This document shows positions 24,070 through 32,777 of a stretch of DNA of 64,000 nucleotides, piece after piece. Source of the DNA: a virus. The position numbers were made by a program, and so were the translations under genes. The stretch covers positions 32,001 to 96,000 of IMG/VR virus record IMGVR_UViG_3300017971_000214; one strand, 5' to 3'. How positions within the stretch are numbered: the stretch's first letter is position 1; the number at the start of each line of letters is the position of its first letter. The notes below the pieces were generated by a model. It did no database searches and was not told the DNA's origin. It was given only the letters and a program-made list of their open reading frames with translations.

Positions 24070-24449
24070 TTCTCCGGGGCCGGGGTGGGAGCAGGGGTGG
24101 CTTCAGGAGCGGCCGTTGCTGGCGCTGCGGGGGGCTCAGGAGCCGGTTTCGCCTCGGGGGCGGCCTCAGGGGCCTTCTCGCACTCGGGGCATTCTGGACA
24201 CGCCCCAGCGGCCCCAGCGGCCTGCGCGGCAGCGGCCTGCTGAGCTGCGAGAATGGAGTCGATGAAGGGCCGAAGCTGCTCCTCGGTCTCACAGACATCC
24301 TTGAACGACACCCCGGTCTGCTCCGCATAGACGGCGCAGGCGTGGCGAGCAGCTTCGAGCGCAGTGCGCGCGAAGGGCTTGATTTGGGGGCAGCCCGTCA
24401 GCACCGTGAGGGCCGCTGCGATGAACACGAATCCGATGAGCTTCTTCAC
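24066..24449 (-). CDS. lipoprotein with Ala/Pro-rich tail
   Basis: MKKLIGFVFIAAALTVLTGC lipobox. Confidence 0.75.
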   Translation of the reverse strand: MKKLIGFVFIAAALTVLTGCPQIKPFARTALEAARHACAVYAEQTGVSFKDVCETEEQLRPFIDSILAAQQAAAAQAAGAAGACPECPECEKAPEAAPEAKPAPEPPAAPATAAPEATPAPTPAPEK

Positions 24450-24880
24450 TTGTCCTTCTCCTTGTCGTCCTTGGAGTCCTCGTCTTCGGAAGCATCTTCT
24501 TCCTTGTCCTCGGAGTCCTTCTTCTTCTCGTCCTTCGAATCCTTGTCGTCTTTCTCCTCTTCGGGATCAACGCCATCGACGACAGCATCGAGAACTTTGT
24601 CGGCCACCTCCAGAGCTGGGAGAGGCTTGGGCGCGTTGGCCTTGCCGTCCACCATCCGTTTGAAGGCGAGCAGGGCTTTGTGCAAGTCGATGCCCATGGA
24701 ACTGCACAGACGGATCAGTGCGGCCATGCGTGGGTTCTTCTTGCCGTACTCGATCCACGCTTCGGGGCTCTTCTTGCGAAACAGAATGTTGAGGACGGCG
24801 CTGAGCACCATCCAGGCTAGGGGAATGAGCCAGTAGCTGTGCTTGGCCCACAGATCTTGCAAAGTCTCTTGAATCTCCAT
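24446..24880 (-). CDS. small membrane protein with charged tail (holin-like?)
   Basis: SD GGAGG; TM segment WLIPLAWMVLSAVLNILF; D/E/K-rich C-terminus. Confidence 0.65.
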   Translation of the reverse strand: MEIQETLQDLWAKHSYWLIPLAWMVLSAVLNILFRKKSPEAWIEYGKKNPRMAALIRLCSSMGIDLHKALLAFKRMVDGKANAPKPLPALEVADKVLDAVVDGVDPEEEKDDKDSKDEKKKDSEDKEEDASEDEDSKDDKEKDK

Positions 24881-24964
24881 GGGATCCTCCAACGAGGGGG
24901 AAGCATACCGCAGATCTTGGAAGCAGGACCAGCAGAGAGCGGGCACCACGGAAAACTCCCCAGA

Positions 24965-24993
24965 TAGACAATCTGGTCCCTTAGAGGTATGGT
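24965..24993 (+). promoter_or_regulatory. promoter for UDG, near-leaderless
   Basis: TAGACA-17bp-TATGGT, 8 nt to ATG 25002. Confidence 0.55.
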
Positions 24994-25001
24994 GGTGGAG
25001 C

Positions 25002-25613
25002 ATGGGTGAACAGGTGATGATGTTCTCCTCGGACGTGATGCGCGGACCAACTGGGGAACAGGAAATAGAACGCCTTCGTGCTCGGGCAATGGACTGCATG
25101 ATGTGTCGTCTGGCAGAGAGCCGGACGAACGTGGTCTTCGGTGTGGGGAATGCCGAACGCCCTCCGGTGGCCTTCGTGGGTGAAGGTCCAGGAGCCAACG
25201 AGGATCTGAAGGGTGAGCCGTTCATCGGCCCGGCCGGTCAGCTTCTCGACCAGATGCTCGACGCGATGGGGTTGCAACGCCAGGAAGTGTTCATCACCAA
25301 CTGCGTCCTGTGCCGACCACCAGACAATCGGAAACCACACCCCCACGAGATCGGAGCCTGTCGCGAGTTTCTTCTCGGACAGCTTCGAGCAGTGGATCCC
25401 AAGTGCATTGTGGCGCTGGGAGGTTCTGCAGCTCAAGCACTCTTGGGGACCAAGAAGCGTATCGGAGCCCTCATGGGGGAGTGGTACGAGTGGGAGGAGA
25501 CGCCTCTGCGCGCCACGTTCCACCCGGCCTACCTGCTACGCGACCCCTCCCAAAAGCGGAAGGCTTGGGACGACCTCCAGGCCGTTATGCTAAGATTAGG
25601 GATAGTCAAGTGA
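25002..25613 (+). CDS. udg: uracil-DNA glycosylase, family 4 (Fe-S)
   Basis: C..C.L..R..VVFG.G, FVGEGPG..ED..G.PF.G.AG.LL, N.V.CRPP.NR.P, TFHPAYLLR. Confidence 0.93.
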   Translation: MGEQVMMFSSDVMRGPTGEQEIERLRARAMDCMMCRLAESRTNVVFGVGNAERPPVAFVGEGPGANEDLKGEPFIGPAGQLLDQMLDAMGLQRQEVFITNCVLCRPPDNRKPHPHEIGACREFLLGQLRAVDPKCIVALGGSAAQALLGTKKRIGALMGEWYEWEETPLRATFHPAYLLRDPSQKRKAWDDLQAVMLRLGIVK

Positions 25614-25688
25614 TTCCCCCGACAGGGAGACCGGTCGCTCGTGTACTCCTTCAGAGGTTGCTCGATACGTCGGGACTAGGAGAAAGAC

Positions 25689-25928
25689 ATGGTGGCGGCT
25701 ACAGCGGAGGAACTAGAAGTTCGCTGCATAGGTTGCGGAAGACCCATTGCAGAAGGTGAAAAGATCTACCGGATCGCCAAGGGAGATCTCGACAGCGGAG
25801 AGTTCGACGAGCACTCGGAGTACGGCTCCATGCATGAGGAGTGCTTTCATCGAGCTGTCGAGTCCCCCCGTTCGGTGCTAGAGGAAGTGCGACGCATCTC
25901 CCGAAAGCAACGACGGCGGAGGTCATGA
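25689..25928 (+). CDS. small zinc-binding protein
   Basis: CIGC...HEEC; SD AGGAG. Confidence 0.6.
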   Translation: MVAATAEELEVRCIGCGRPIAEGEKIYRIAKGDLDSGEFDEHSEYGSMHEECFHRAVESPRSVLEEVRRISRKQRRRRS

Positions 25929-26206
25929 GCGGTAGAAGCACGATCGACCAGCTGAAGTTGGATTTGGAGCTGGAAGGGTACGAACCCGGAACGCCTCAGT
26001 TCGACGTCATGCTCCGGCAGCGCCAGGTGGAACACTGCGTGGAGATGAAGGAGCTGCCGAGCTGCGAGACGTGCCCAGCATACTTCGACTGCGAGATCAT
26101 CAAGGCACACCTTCGTGACCTCCGGTACGGAGTGGAGATAGATCAAGATGGACCCGATGGAGGAGCAGGAGCTGCTGACCGAAGTGGTTCGGGCGCTGGT
26201 GGATAA
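25925..26206 (+). CDS. small Cys-containing protein
   Basis: C..SCETC..C; ATGA coupling. Confidence 0.6.
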   Translation: MSGRSTIDQLKLDLELEGYEPGTPQFDVMLRQRQVEHCVEMKELPSCETCPAYFDCEIIKAHLRDLRYGVEIDQDGPDGGAGAADRSGSGAGG

Positions 26207-26411
26207 CCCTCACGTCGTGCAAGTGCACGAACGAAGGTCCAACGGTGCTTCTCACATGATCATATGCGTGGATGCTCAGGATCGCGGAAAGGTCATCGGC
26301 AGGTCCGGGGCCACCATGCGCGCGATGCGCGTACTTTTTGGAAGGATCGCTGCGGTAGAAGGCCGCAAGATCTTCCTACACGTGGAAGGGGACGAGCGCT
26401 GCTCGGCGTAG
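26148..26411 (+). CDS. khpA: KhpA-like single KH-domain RNA-binding protein
   Basis: LVDNP..V.V..D.GKVIGRSG.T..A.R pattern with the GxxG loop. Confidence 0.85.
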   Translation: MDPMEEQELLTEVVRALVDNPHVVQVHERRSNGASHMIICVDAQDRGKVIGRSGATMRAMRVLFGRIAAVEGRKIFLHVEGDERCSA

Positions 26412-26419
26412 GAGACCTT

Positions 26420-26902
26420 GTGGACCTGATAGCTGTACTTGTTGGCGGAGTCGTTCTAGGCGTCATCCTCACCCTCGGCATTCTGCGGTCTCGTAAGAGC
26501 CCTGCCCCCCATCTCGTGGAAGAAGTCCCTGAGGTGGACGAGCCGGGCGACGTGTACGAGGTAGCCTTCGGGGCCGCGGAGGCGCCAGAGGCCGCGGTGA
26601 CTCGTCGGGGAGGTGCAGTCATCTTCGGGCTGCCGCCGCGGGCACAAGAGCCGCAGGAGAAAGACGAGGAGATCGTGGAAGCAACGATGCAAGAAGACAA
26701 GGTGCTGGTCGAAGGTCACCCCTGTGTCCACCTATCGGGGGAGACCCCGCCCAACTACAAGCCCTCGGAGTGCTCGGGGATTTGCCAAGCCCCCGGCCAA
26801 AACGGTCGTCCCTGTTTCTGGGCTTCCAATGCGGCATCGAAGTGCCCCTACTTCCGCCCCAAAGTGCTTCCCAGACGGGTGAAGCTGAAGCGTGTCGGCT
26901 GA
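26420..26902 (+). CDS. membrane-anchored protein with Cys-rich C-terminus
   Basis: N-terminal TM helix; SD AGGAG before GTG. Confidence 0.6.
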   Translation: MDLIAVLVGGVVLGVILTLGILRSRKSPAPHLVEEVPEVDEPGDVYEVAFGAAEAPEAAVTRRGGAVIFGLPPRAQEPQEKDEEIVEATMQEDKVLVEGHPCVHLSGETPPNYKPSECSGICQAPGQNGRPCFWASNAASKCPYFRPKVLPRRVKLKRVG

Positions 26903-26904
26903 CG

Positions 26905-26933
26905 TTGACAATCGTTTAGCTACCTGCTAGTCT
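26905..26933 (+). promoter_or_regulatory. sigma70 promoter
   Basis: TTGACA-17bp-TAGTCT with extended TG. Confidence 0.65.
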
Positions 26934-27001
26934 GGTTCCGTCATACCGAATCGATCAGAGGCCGCACTGTGCCGCCGGATGAACGAACGGAGGAACCAGA
27001 A

Positions 27002-27505
27002 ATGAACGAACTGCTCTCAGCGCTCAAGACCCTGTTCTCGCACACCCTGTTCGCTGGGCCTGTTTCCGAACTGTCGATCGCCCAGATGGCGCTCGTCTAC
27101 AAGTTCGTGGACGCTGTCGAGAAGGCGGCGCAGGCGCGCAAGAAGGAGCTGAAGCCTACGCTCCTCGCCTACGCGCAGGCCAACGGGGAGAAGACGGAGA
27201 AGGGGCACTATCAGGCGTCTGCGGACGGGCACAAGATCATGAACGAGGTCCGTCAGGCCACTGAGCCTAAGATGGACGACTTCCGGGAGCTACTGGAAGA
27301 GAAGGGGCTCAAGTTGACCACTGCCTTCAACGAGGTGAAGACCCTCGTGTACGACCCGAGCAAGGTGAAGCACCTGATCGACGTAGGCAAGCTGGAGGCA
27401 GACGAAGTCGACGAGCTGCGCAGCACCAGCCATGCGCTGAAGGTCACGCTGAGCAAACCAGCGGCCAAGGAGCTGAAGGAGTCTCTACCCCCGAAGGGGG
27501 AGTGA
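27002..27505 (+). CDS. hypothetical phage protein
   Basis: SD GGAGG; strong codon bias. Confidence 0.75.
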   Translation: MNELLSALKTLFSHTLFAGPVSELSIAQMALVYKFVDAVEKAAQARKKELKPTLLAYAQANGEKTEKGHYQASADGHKIMNEVRQATEPKMDDFRELLEEKGLKLTTAFNEVKTLVYDPSKVKHLIDVGKLEADEVDELRSTSHALKVTLSKPAAKELKESLPPKGE

Positions 27506-27717
27506 TGTCCTGGATCGGCAACCAGCTGTTGCCGGCCGTCATGGATGCGCTGCACGCGCCGGGCGGTAGCGGGGAGTTCCGAAGGCCCTCGTCTGCCGCC
27601 CAGCTTGCGAGCTGGCTCCGTGCGGTTGGCTGCGAGTCCGAAGCGAAGTACGTCGAGAAGATGAACGAGGCTACCTTCCAGACGCTTCTCGACTACTTCC
27701 CCCTCGAAGACTCATGA
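27505..27717 (+). CDS. hypothetical protein
   Basis: TGATG coupling. Confidence 0.55.
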   Translation: MSWIGNQLLPAVMDALHAPGGSGEFRRPSSAAQLASWLRAVGCESEAKYVEKMNEATFQTLLDYFPLEDS

Positions 27718-28265
27718 GCCTACCAGAGAACCTGCACACAGCGGAGGGGGCGTTGGAGTTCGCGGAGGTGGTGTTTCGATCCGCCAAGGCGAGGTTCGAC
27801 GAGCGCGGGGCCGTTGGCGCCGCGTCGTTCCTTCTCGTAGATCTAAACCCTGAAACCGGTGAGCCCTTCGAGGACGGTACGAAGGTGACCGTGGTGGAGG
27901 GAGGCGACCAGACGCCAGAGCAGCACGCGGCCGTCGTGGGCAGGAACGCCAAAAAGTATCGAGCTGTAGGAATCCTCACGCTGTTCGAGGCTTCGATCGG
28001 TGACGTATCCGAGGACGACGGCCCTTCAGAGAGCGAAGAGATGAACGAGTTCTTGTCCGGGTTCGAGGACACCGATCCGGACGTCAAGGTGACCCCCGCA
28101 GTGCTCGCGACATTCGAGCACCTGCGGTTCCGACCGCGCACGCGGGTGTGGGGTGCGCCCGTGATGACTGTGGACGGCTCGAAGGTGCTCGGCGCTTTCG
28201 AGGAACGAACCAACGAGGTGCAGGGGCTCAACCACTTCGGGAGCATCCTGACCTTCTACGACTGA
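27714..28265 (+). CDS. hypothetical protein
   Basis: ATGA coupling. Confidence 0.65.
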   Translation: MSLPENLHTAEGALEFAEVVFRSAKARFDERGAVGAASFLLVDLNPETGEPFEDGTKVTVVEGGDQTPEQHAAVVGRNAKKYRAVGILTLFEASIGDVSEDDGPSESEEMNEFLSGFEDTDPDVKVTPAVLATFEHLRFRPRTRVWGAPVMTVDGSKVLGAFEERTNEVQGLNHFGSILTFYD

Positions 28266-28271
28266 GGAACC

Positions 28272-28481
28272 ATGAGAGACGGCAGTGGAAGCAACGATTT
28301 CGAGATCTCGGTGGAGGTACTGGTGGAAGGGCGAAACGCCATCAAGGTGCTGACCGAGCATGGCGACGAGGCGTGGATACCTCACTCCCAAATCCGCCAG
28401 GGGTCGGACGTGGAAAGCAGCGGGGACGAGGGCGTGCTCATCATACCGATGTGGCTAGCTCGCAAAGAAGGCTGGGCGTAG
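28272..28481 (+). CDS. small conserved phage protein
   Basis: AI.V..EAWIP.SQI..L.IP.WLA..G motif. Confidence 0.7.
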   Translation: MRDGSGSNDFEISVEVLVEGRNAIKVLTEHGDEAWIPHSQIRQGSDVESSGDEGVLIIPMWLARKEGWA

Positions 28482-28490
28482 GCGCCACGC

Positions 28491-28519
28491 TTTACAATAG
28501 GCAGCACACTTGGTAACTT
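28491..28519 (+). promoter_or_regulatory. sigma70 promoter of the AAA/vWA operon
   Basis: TTTACA-17bp-TAACTT; SD GGAGG before ATG 28545. Confidence 0.55.
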
Positions 28520-28544
28520 CGGAGCACGAAAAACTGGAGGAGAG

Positions 28545-30632
28545 ATGACAGAGCTGAGCATCCAGCGCATGGGCTCGGGTGAGTTCGAGCCCAAAGCCGG
28601 CCTGATCTACAAAGACGTATTCGACCTGATGAGCCTGTACGAAGGGCTCGCGTTCCGGGCGCCGACCATCGTGGTTGGCCCGAAAGGCATCGGCAAGACC
28701 CTGAGCATCCAGGCGTTCGCGGCGCAGCAGGACTGTCCCATCGTGACGTTCGACTGCTCGGAGGATGTTCGTCGCCAGCACTTGATCGGCATCTTCGTTC
28801 TGCGTGGGCAGGAGACTCCGTTCGTCCTGGGGCCGCTGACGACGGCGTTCGAGGTCGCCAACGAGGTGGGGCAGTGCATCCTGTGTTTGGAGGAGATCAA
28901 CTGTCTCTACCCCACCACTACCGTCTTGGTCCCCTCTGGCGAAGAAGTTCCGATCGAGCGGCTGCGGTTGGGAGATCCTGTTGTTGGATTCGATCCTGCG
29001 GGCGGTCAGTGTTTAGCGCATGTGGTAGAAACCCGGTATCAACGCGCTGACTCCTCATATACAATAGAAGCCGGTGAGGAAATCATCAAAGCCAGCGAAA
29101 ACCACCTCTTTTGGACAAGGAGGGGGTGGGTCCCCGCGAAGTTCCTCCAAGAAGGGGACGAAGTCCTTCGTGTGTGCGAAGTGTGGTTGCCGCAAAAAGG
29201 ACCTGAGGTCTCTTCGGGCGCACGAACGGATGGCTCACGGGAAGAATCCGATGAAGAATCCGGAATGCGTCGTGAAGGTTCACACGGCGGCTCGGAACGA
29301 GAAGATTTCAAAAGCCGCAACAGCGCGGTGGAAGGACCCGGAGTACCGGGAGACGATGAGCGAGTTTCTACGGGAGTTGCGTCCCATGGACAACCCCAAG
29401 GTGAGATCAAAGATGTCCGAAACCCAGAGGCTTCGGATGCTTTCGGAATGGAGGGATCCGAAAAAGAGAGAACGTCGCTTGGAGAGTTGTCGGACGCCGG
29501 AGTTCCGAGAGACTGCGGCGAAAGGGGGAAAGAAGACCGCTGCGTTCTGGAGGTCCCCAGAAGGAAGAAAGATAGCTTCGATGCGCTCCAAGAAGCTCTG
29601 GGCGGACGAGAGACACCGGAAGCTCATGTCCGAAAAGCGAAAACAGCATCTACTGGATCATCCAGACAAGAAGATACAGTTCGTACATGCGGGATGGAAC
29701 GCTCAACGCCCAACGAAGTTGGAACGTCGGGCCATAGAGATTCTAGTCGACCTTCCAGTCTTCTACACAGGGGACGGAACGAGATGGATCACTACACCCA
29801 AAGGGCGACATTTGAATCCGGACTTTTCGGTGGAAGGCAAGAAAGTGATTCTTGTGGATGGGGACTACTGGCACCCACCGAATCAGAAGAGGTCAGAGAC
29901 TTTGGCCTACAAGAGCGCGGGATTCTCAGTTCTTCGCTTGTCGGAAGACCAAGTGAAGAACCATCCAGCACTTGTGCTAAAGCGGGTCCAGAAATTCCTC
30001 TCTGGGTAACCGTTCGAAGAGTCACCCGAAATCTTGAGGCTACTCCTCTGTGCGAAATCGGCCTTACTGGTCCTCACACTTACTTTGCTTCGGGGCTCGG
30101 AACGCACAACTCACTGACACCCCAGATGCAGAAGGTGCTCAACGCCCCAACCGACTGGCGGCAACGCATCGAGGTGCCGGAAGCTCGGAAGGTGTTCCGG
30201 TTGGAGAAGGGCAAGAAGATTTGGGTAACGGGGACGATGAACACTGCGGTATACGGCGGCGTGTACCAGCTCAACGAAGACCTGAAGAGTCGCATGAGGC
30301 TCGTTGCGCTTACCTACCCGAAGTCCTCCAAGGAGAAGGAGATCATCGCCGCGGTCCTCTCCGACACGTCTCTGGATCAGTCGGTAGTCGACCGGGTGAT
30401 TCTCCTTGCGCACGAGACTCGACAGCAGTCGTTGGAGTACGCGCTCAGTACACGCGACGTCGTGCAGTTGCTGGAGGACATCGCGGCTATGGATTTGACC
30501 AGGGCGCTGCGCATCGTACTCGGCAAGTTCGACGACACCGACCGGGACACGGTGGCAGAGAGAATCCAAAGCATCTTCGGCGTGAGCTTCGATCAGACCT
30601 CGCGGCGTCGCGGGGCTGCAGCGAGGGCGTGA
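28545..30632 (+). CDS. MoxR/CbbQ-type AAA+ ATPase containing an intein
   Basis: Walker A GPKGIGKT, Walker B ILCLEEIN, TMN..Y.G...LNEDLKSR, STR. Confidence 0.88.
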   Translation: MTELSIQRMGSGEFEPKAGLIYKDVFDLMSLYEGLAFRAPTIVVGPKGIGKTLSIQAFAAQQDCPIVTFDCSEDVRRQHLIGIFVLRGQETPFVLGPLTTAFEVANEVGQCILCLEEINCLYPTTTVLVPSGEEVPIERLRLGDPVVGFDPAGGQCLAHVVETRYQRADSSYTIEAGEEIIKASENHLFWTRRGWVPAKFLQEGDEVLRVCEVWLPQKGPEVSSGARTDGSREESDEESGMRREGSHGGSEREDFKSRNSAVEGPGVPGDDERVSTGVASHGQPQGEIKDVRNPEASDAFGMEGSEKERTSLGELSDAGVPRDCGERGKEDRCVLEVPRRKKDSFDALQEALGGRETPEAHVRKAKTASTGSSRQEDTVRTCGMERSTPNEVGTSGHRDSSRPSSLLHRGRNEMDHYTQRATFESGLFGGRQESDSCGWGLLAPTESEEVRDFGLQERGILSSSLVGRPSEEPSSTCAKAGPEIPLWVTVRRVTRNLEATPLCEIGLTGPHTYFASGLGTHNSLTPQMQKVLNAPTDWRQRIEVPEARKVFRLEKGKKIWVTGTMNTAVYGGVYQLNEDLKSRMRLVALTYPKSSKEKEIIAAVLSDTSLDQSVVDRVILLAHETRQQSLEYALSTRDVVQLLEDIAAMDLTRALRIVLGKFDDTDRDTVAERIQSIFGVSFDQTSRRRGAAARA
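28902..30110 (+). mobile_element. intein (403 aa) whose endonuclease is encoded out of frame
   Basis: CLYPTT.V block A, ASENHLFW block B, HTYFASGLGTHN end with +1 Ser; middle ~280 aa is low-complexity in the intein frame. Confidence 0.85.
29074..30009 (+). CDS. nested +1-frame endonuclease: C2H2 finger + NUMOD3-like helices + Vsr/DUF559-like domain (start uncertain, 29074 or 29170)
   Basis: CAKC..H....H; WKDPEYRE-type repeats; PTKLE..NPDF..KKVILVDGDYWH..YKSAGFSVLRL. Confidence 0.85.
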   Translation: MRKSSKPAKTTSFGQGGGGSPRSSSKKGTKSFVCAKCGCRKKDLRSLRAHERMAHGKNPMKNPECVVKVHTAARNEKISKAATARWKDPEYRETMSEFLRELRPMDNPKVRSKMSETQRLRMLSEWRDPKKRERRLESCRTPEFRETAAKGGKKTAAFWRSPEGRKIASMRSKKLWADERHRKLMSEKRKQHLLDHPDKKIQFVHAGWNAQRPTKLERRAIEILVDLPVFYTGDGTRWITTPKGRHLNPDFSVEGKKVILVDGDYWHPPNQKRSETLAYKSAGFSVLRLSEDQVKNHPALVLKRVQKFLSG

Positions 30633-30633
30633 G

Positions 30634-32775
30634 GTGCGGACTCCTTTTTCTCCCCCCGCGGACCCGCTAGCTGCGGCGATGTCGGAAGAGGCTGAGTCCG
30701 CCGACACGTTGGCGGACTTACGTCGGTACTCGGTGCTCAAGTCGGTGGCCTACAAGACCGTCGACATGTTCTCCGGCATCACCAAGCGGCGCTTGTGGCT
30801 GAAGGACGGCTCCTTCGTGGGGACAGACGGGAACGAGATCAGAGTTCCCTTCTCCGATCCGGACTTCTACCAGCTGGTGGAGCGCCAGCTCGCCCACGTC
30901 CTGTTTCGCTCGGACGCCAAGGCCAAGAAGGTGTTCGTCCGGGACTACTCGATGAAGGTGGCGGAGGTAGCCAAGAAGATGGGGGTCGAGCTGAACGCCG
31001 GCCACCTTCAGGGAGCCATCGGCCACATCATCACGGTTCTGGAGAAGCGCCGCGTCACCTCCCTGTGGGGGATCTTGTATCCCGGCAGCCACCAGCTACT
31101 GAAGGAGATCGACCAGGAGTCCGTCGCAGAGCTGATGAATGAAGCGCACGGGAGCCTACTCGCCTATCTGACCTGTTTGGAAGGCGACGGAGCGTCGGTC
31201 GGTGCGGGGGAGATGGATCGATTCCGGCCCTACATCGAGGAAGCCTTCCGGAAGGTGCACAAGCGGGGGTTCTCGGCGACGCTTTCGATCTCCAAGTGGC
31301 TCGTGATGCAGTTCGTCAACGAGATCATCCGAGAGCTGAAGGACATCCCACCCCCTCCCCCGCCCATGCCTACGCCCCAAGGGCAGCCCGGCTCTGCTGG
31401 AAGCTCCGGCGAGAACGATTCAGAGAGGGAGGAAGGTGACGACTGCGACTGCGACGCCCCGAAGGCTGGGGGCAGCTCGGAGGGATCCGGAGAAGAAGGC
31501 GATGAAGGCTCCCAGGAGCCCTCTGAAGGCGACGATGGGGAGGGGGAGGGCGACGCCCCCGACGAAGGCGACGAAGGGCAGGAAGGGGCCTCAGAGGGGG
31601 AAGAAGACGGGGATGGGGATGCCCCCTGGAACCCGCCGCCTCCGCCGGCTACCGGGGCCGAGCGTACCCAGGCGCTGAAAGATCTGATCGACAAGCTGGG
31701 GAAGGCCCCCGAGCAGGTGAAGGACACAATGCTGGAGTCCAAGTTCACCAAGTCTCGGCACTCGCCTAAGGCGCAGGCGCTTGCTTCGCAGGCGTTGAAG
31801 GCGGACGTGAACAACCCGGACAAGTTCGAGGACAGCCTGGATGACTCCGAGCAGGAGATGGAGGACATCCTGGATGCGGCTCTCCGAGCCATGCGCCAGA
31901 AGATGCACCACGACGAGTGGTTGCAGAAAGATGCGATGGCGAAGATCAGCTTCGTCGACAAGGAGGATCAGAAGCACGCCCGGCAGCCCATGAGCTTCGA
32001 GGACCAGCAGACGGTCAACCGTCTGCGCGCGATGTTCCACCGCGTGATGGGCAAGCGCAAGAGCGTGCTGGAGTACGAAGGCACGGAGATCGACGTGAGC
32101 GCCTACATCGAGCGCATGACCACAGGGCTTCCTGTGCCGTGCTTTCGATCGGAGGGCACGGGACGAGGGTTCAAGGCCCTGTTGTTGCTGGACCGATCGA
32201 GTTCGATGGGTGGTGCCAAGACGCAGCAGTGCGAGAGGGCGGGTCGAATCATACGGAGGGCGTTGGAGTTCCCTTTCGTGGAGACCACGGTGTGGGGCTT
32301 CAGCTCGAACGAGCCGGGGCAGATCTCGCTCATCCGGCACAACTCACGCGCCGACGTCGAGCTGCGGGAGGGGGAACGAGGGTCGGGAGGTTCGACGCCG
32401 CTGCACGTGGCTGTTCGTCTGGGGGTACGCGAGCTGGAGCGGGGGACCGAGAGCAAGCAGCTTTTCGTCCTGACCGATGGCTTTCCTACGCACGCTAAGC
32501 GCAACGGGAAGATCTTCGCTACCGAGCAGCTGATGCTGTTTGTCCGCGACGAAGTGCGGAAGGCGCGGAGTAAGGGGATCAACGTCACTTGTGTCTTGGT
32601 GGGCGCACCGGACTGGAGAAAGCCCGACCAGATCCACTACGACATGTCCCCAAAGCAACTTTCCTATATGTTCGGCCCTCGTCGCAACTGGCGTCAGATG
32701 GACCCCGAGCGTGTCGGCAGCGATCTAGTTCACCTTGTTGCCACGAGCTTCGTGGACTTTCTGAAGCGGGGGTAG
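30634..32775 (+). CDS. vWA-domain protein, partner of the MoxR ATPase
   Basis: MIDAS residues LLDRSSSM, STP, VLTDG; long acidic linker; N-terminal metallopeptidase-like LAH region. Confidence 0.85.
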   Translation: MRTPFSPPADPLAAAMSEEAESADTLADLRRYSVLKSVAYKTVDMFSGITKRRLWLKDGSFVGTDGNEIRVPFSDPDFYQLVERQLAHVLFRSDAKAKKVFVRDYSMKVAEVAKKMGVELNAGHLQGAIGHIITVLEKRRVTSLWGILYPGSHQLLKEIDQESVAELMNEAHGSLLAYLTCLEGDGASVGAGEMDRFRPYIEEAFRKVHKRGFSATLSISKWLVMQFVNEIIRELKDIPPPPPPMPTPQGQPGSAGSSGENDSEREEGDDCDCDAPKAGGSSEGSGEEGDEGSQEPSEGDDGEGEGDAPDEGDEGQEGASEGEEDGDGDAPWNPPPPPATGAERTQALKDLIDKLGKAPEQVKDTMLESKFTKSRHSPKAQALASQALKADVNNPDKFEDSLDDSEQEMEDILDAALRAMRQKMHHDEWLQKDAMAKISFVDKEDQKHARQPMSFEDQQTVNRLRAMFHRVMGKRKSVLEYEGTEIDVSAYIERMTTGLPVPCFRSEGTGRGFKALLLLDRSSSMGGAKTQQCERAGRIIRRALEFPFVETTVWGFSSNEPGQISLIRHNSRADVELREGERGSGGSTPLHVAVRLGVRELERGTESKQLFVLTDGFPTHAKRNGKIFATEQLMLFVRDEVRKARSKGINVTCVLVGAPDWRKPDQIHYDMSPKQLSYMFGPRRNWRQMDPERVGSDLVHLVATSFVDFLKRG

Positions 32776-32777
32776 CG

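Noticed and set aside
24446-25225. 259-aa version of the minus-strand membrane protein and 244-aa version of UDG overlapping head-to-head
   Set aside because: SD and promoter evidence put the starts at 24880 (-) and 25002 (+), leaving a normal divergent intergenic region.
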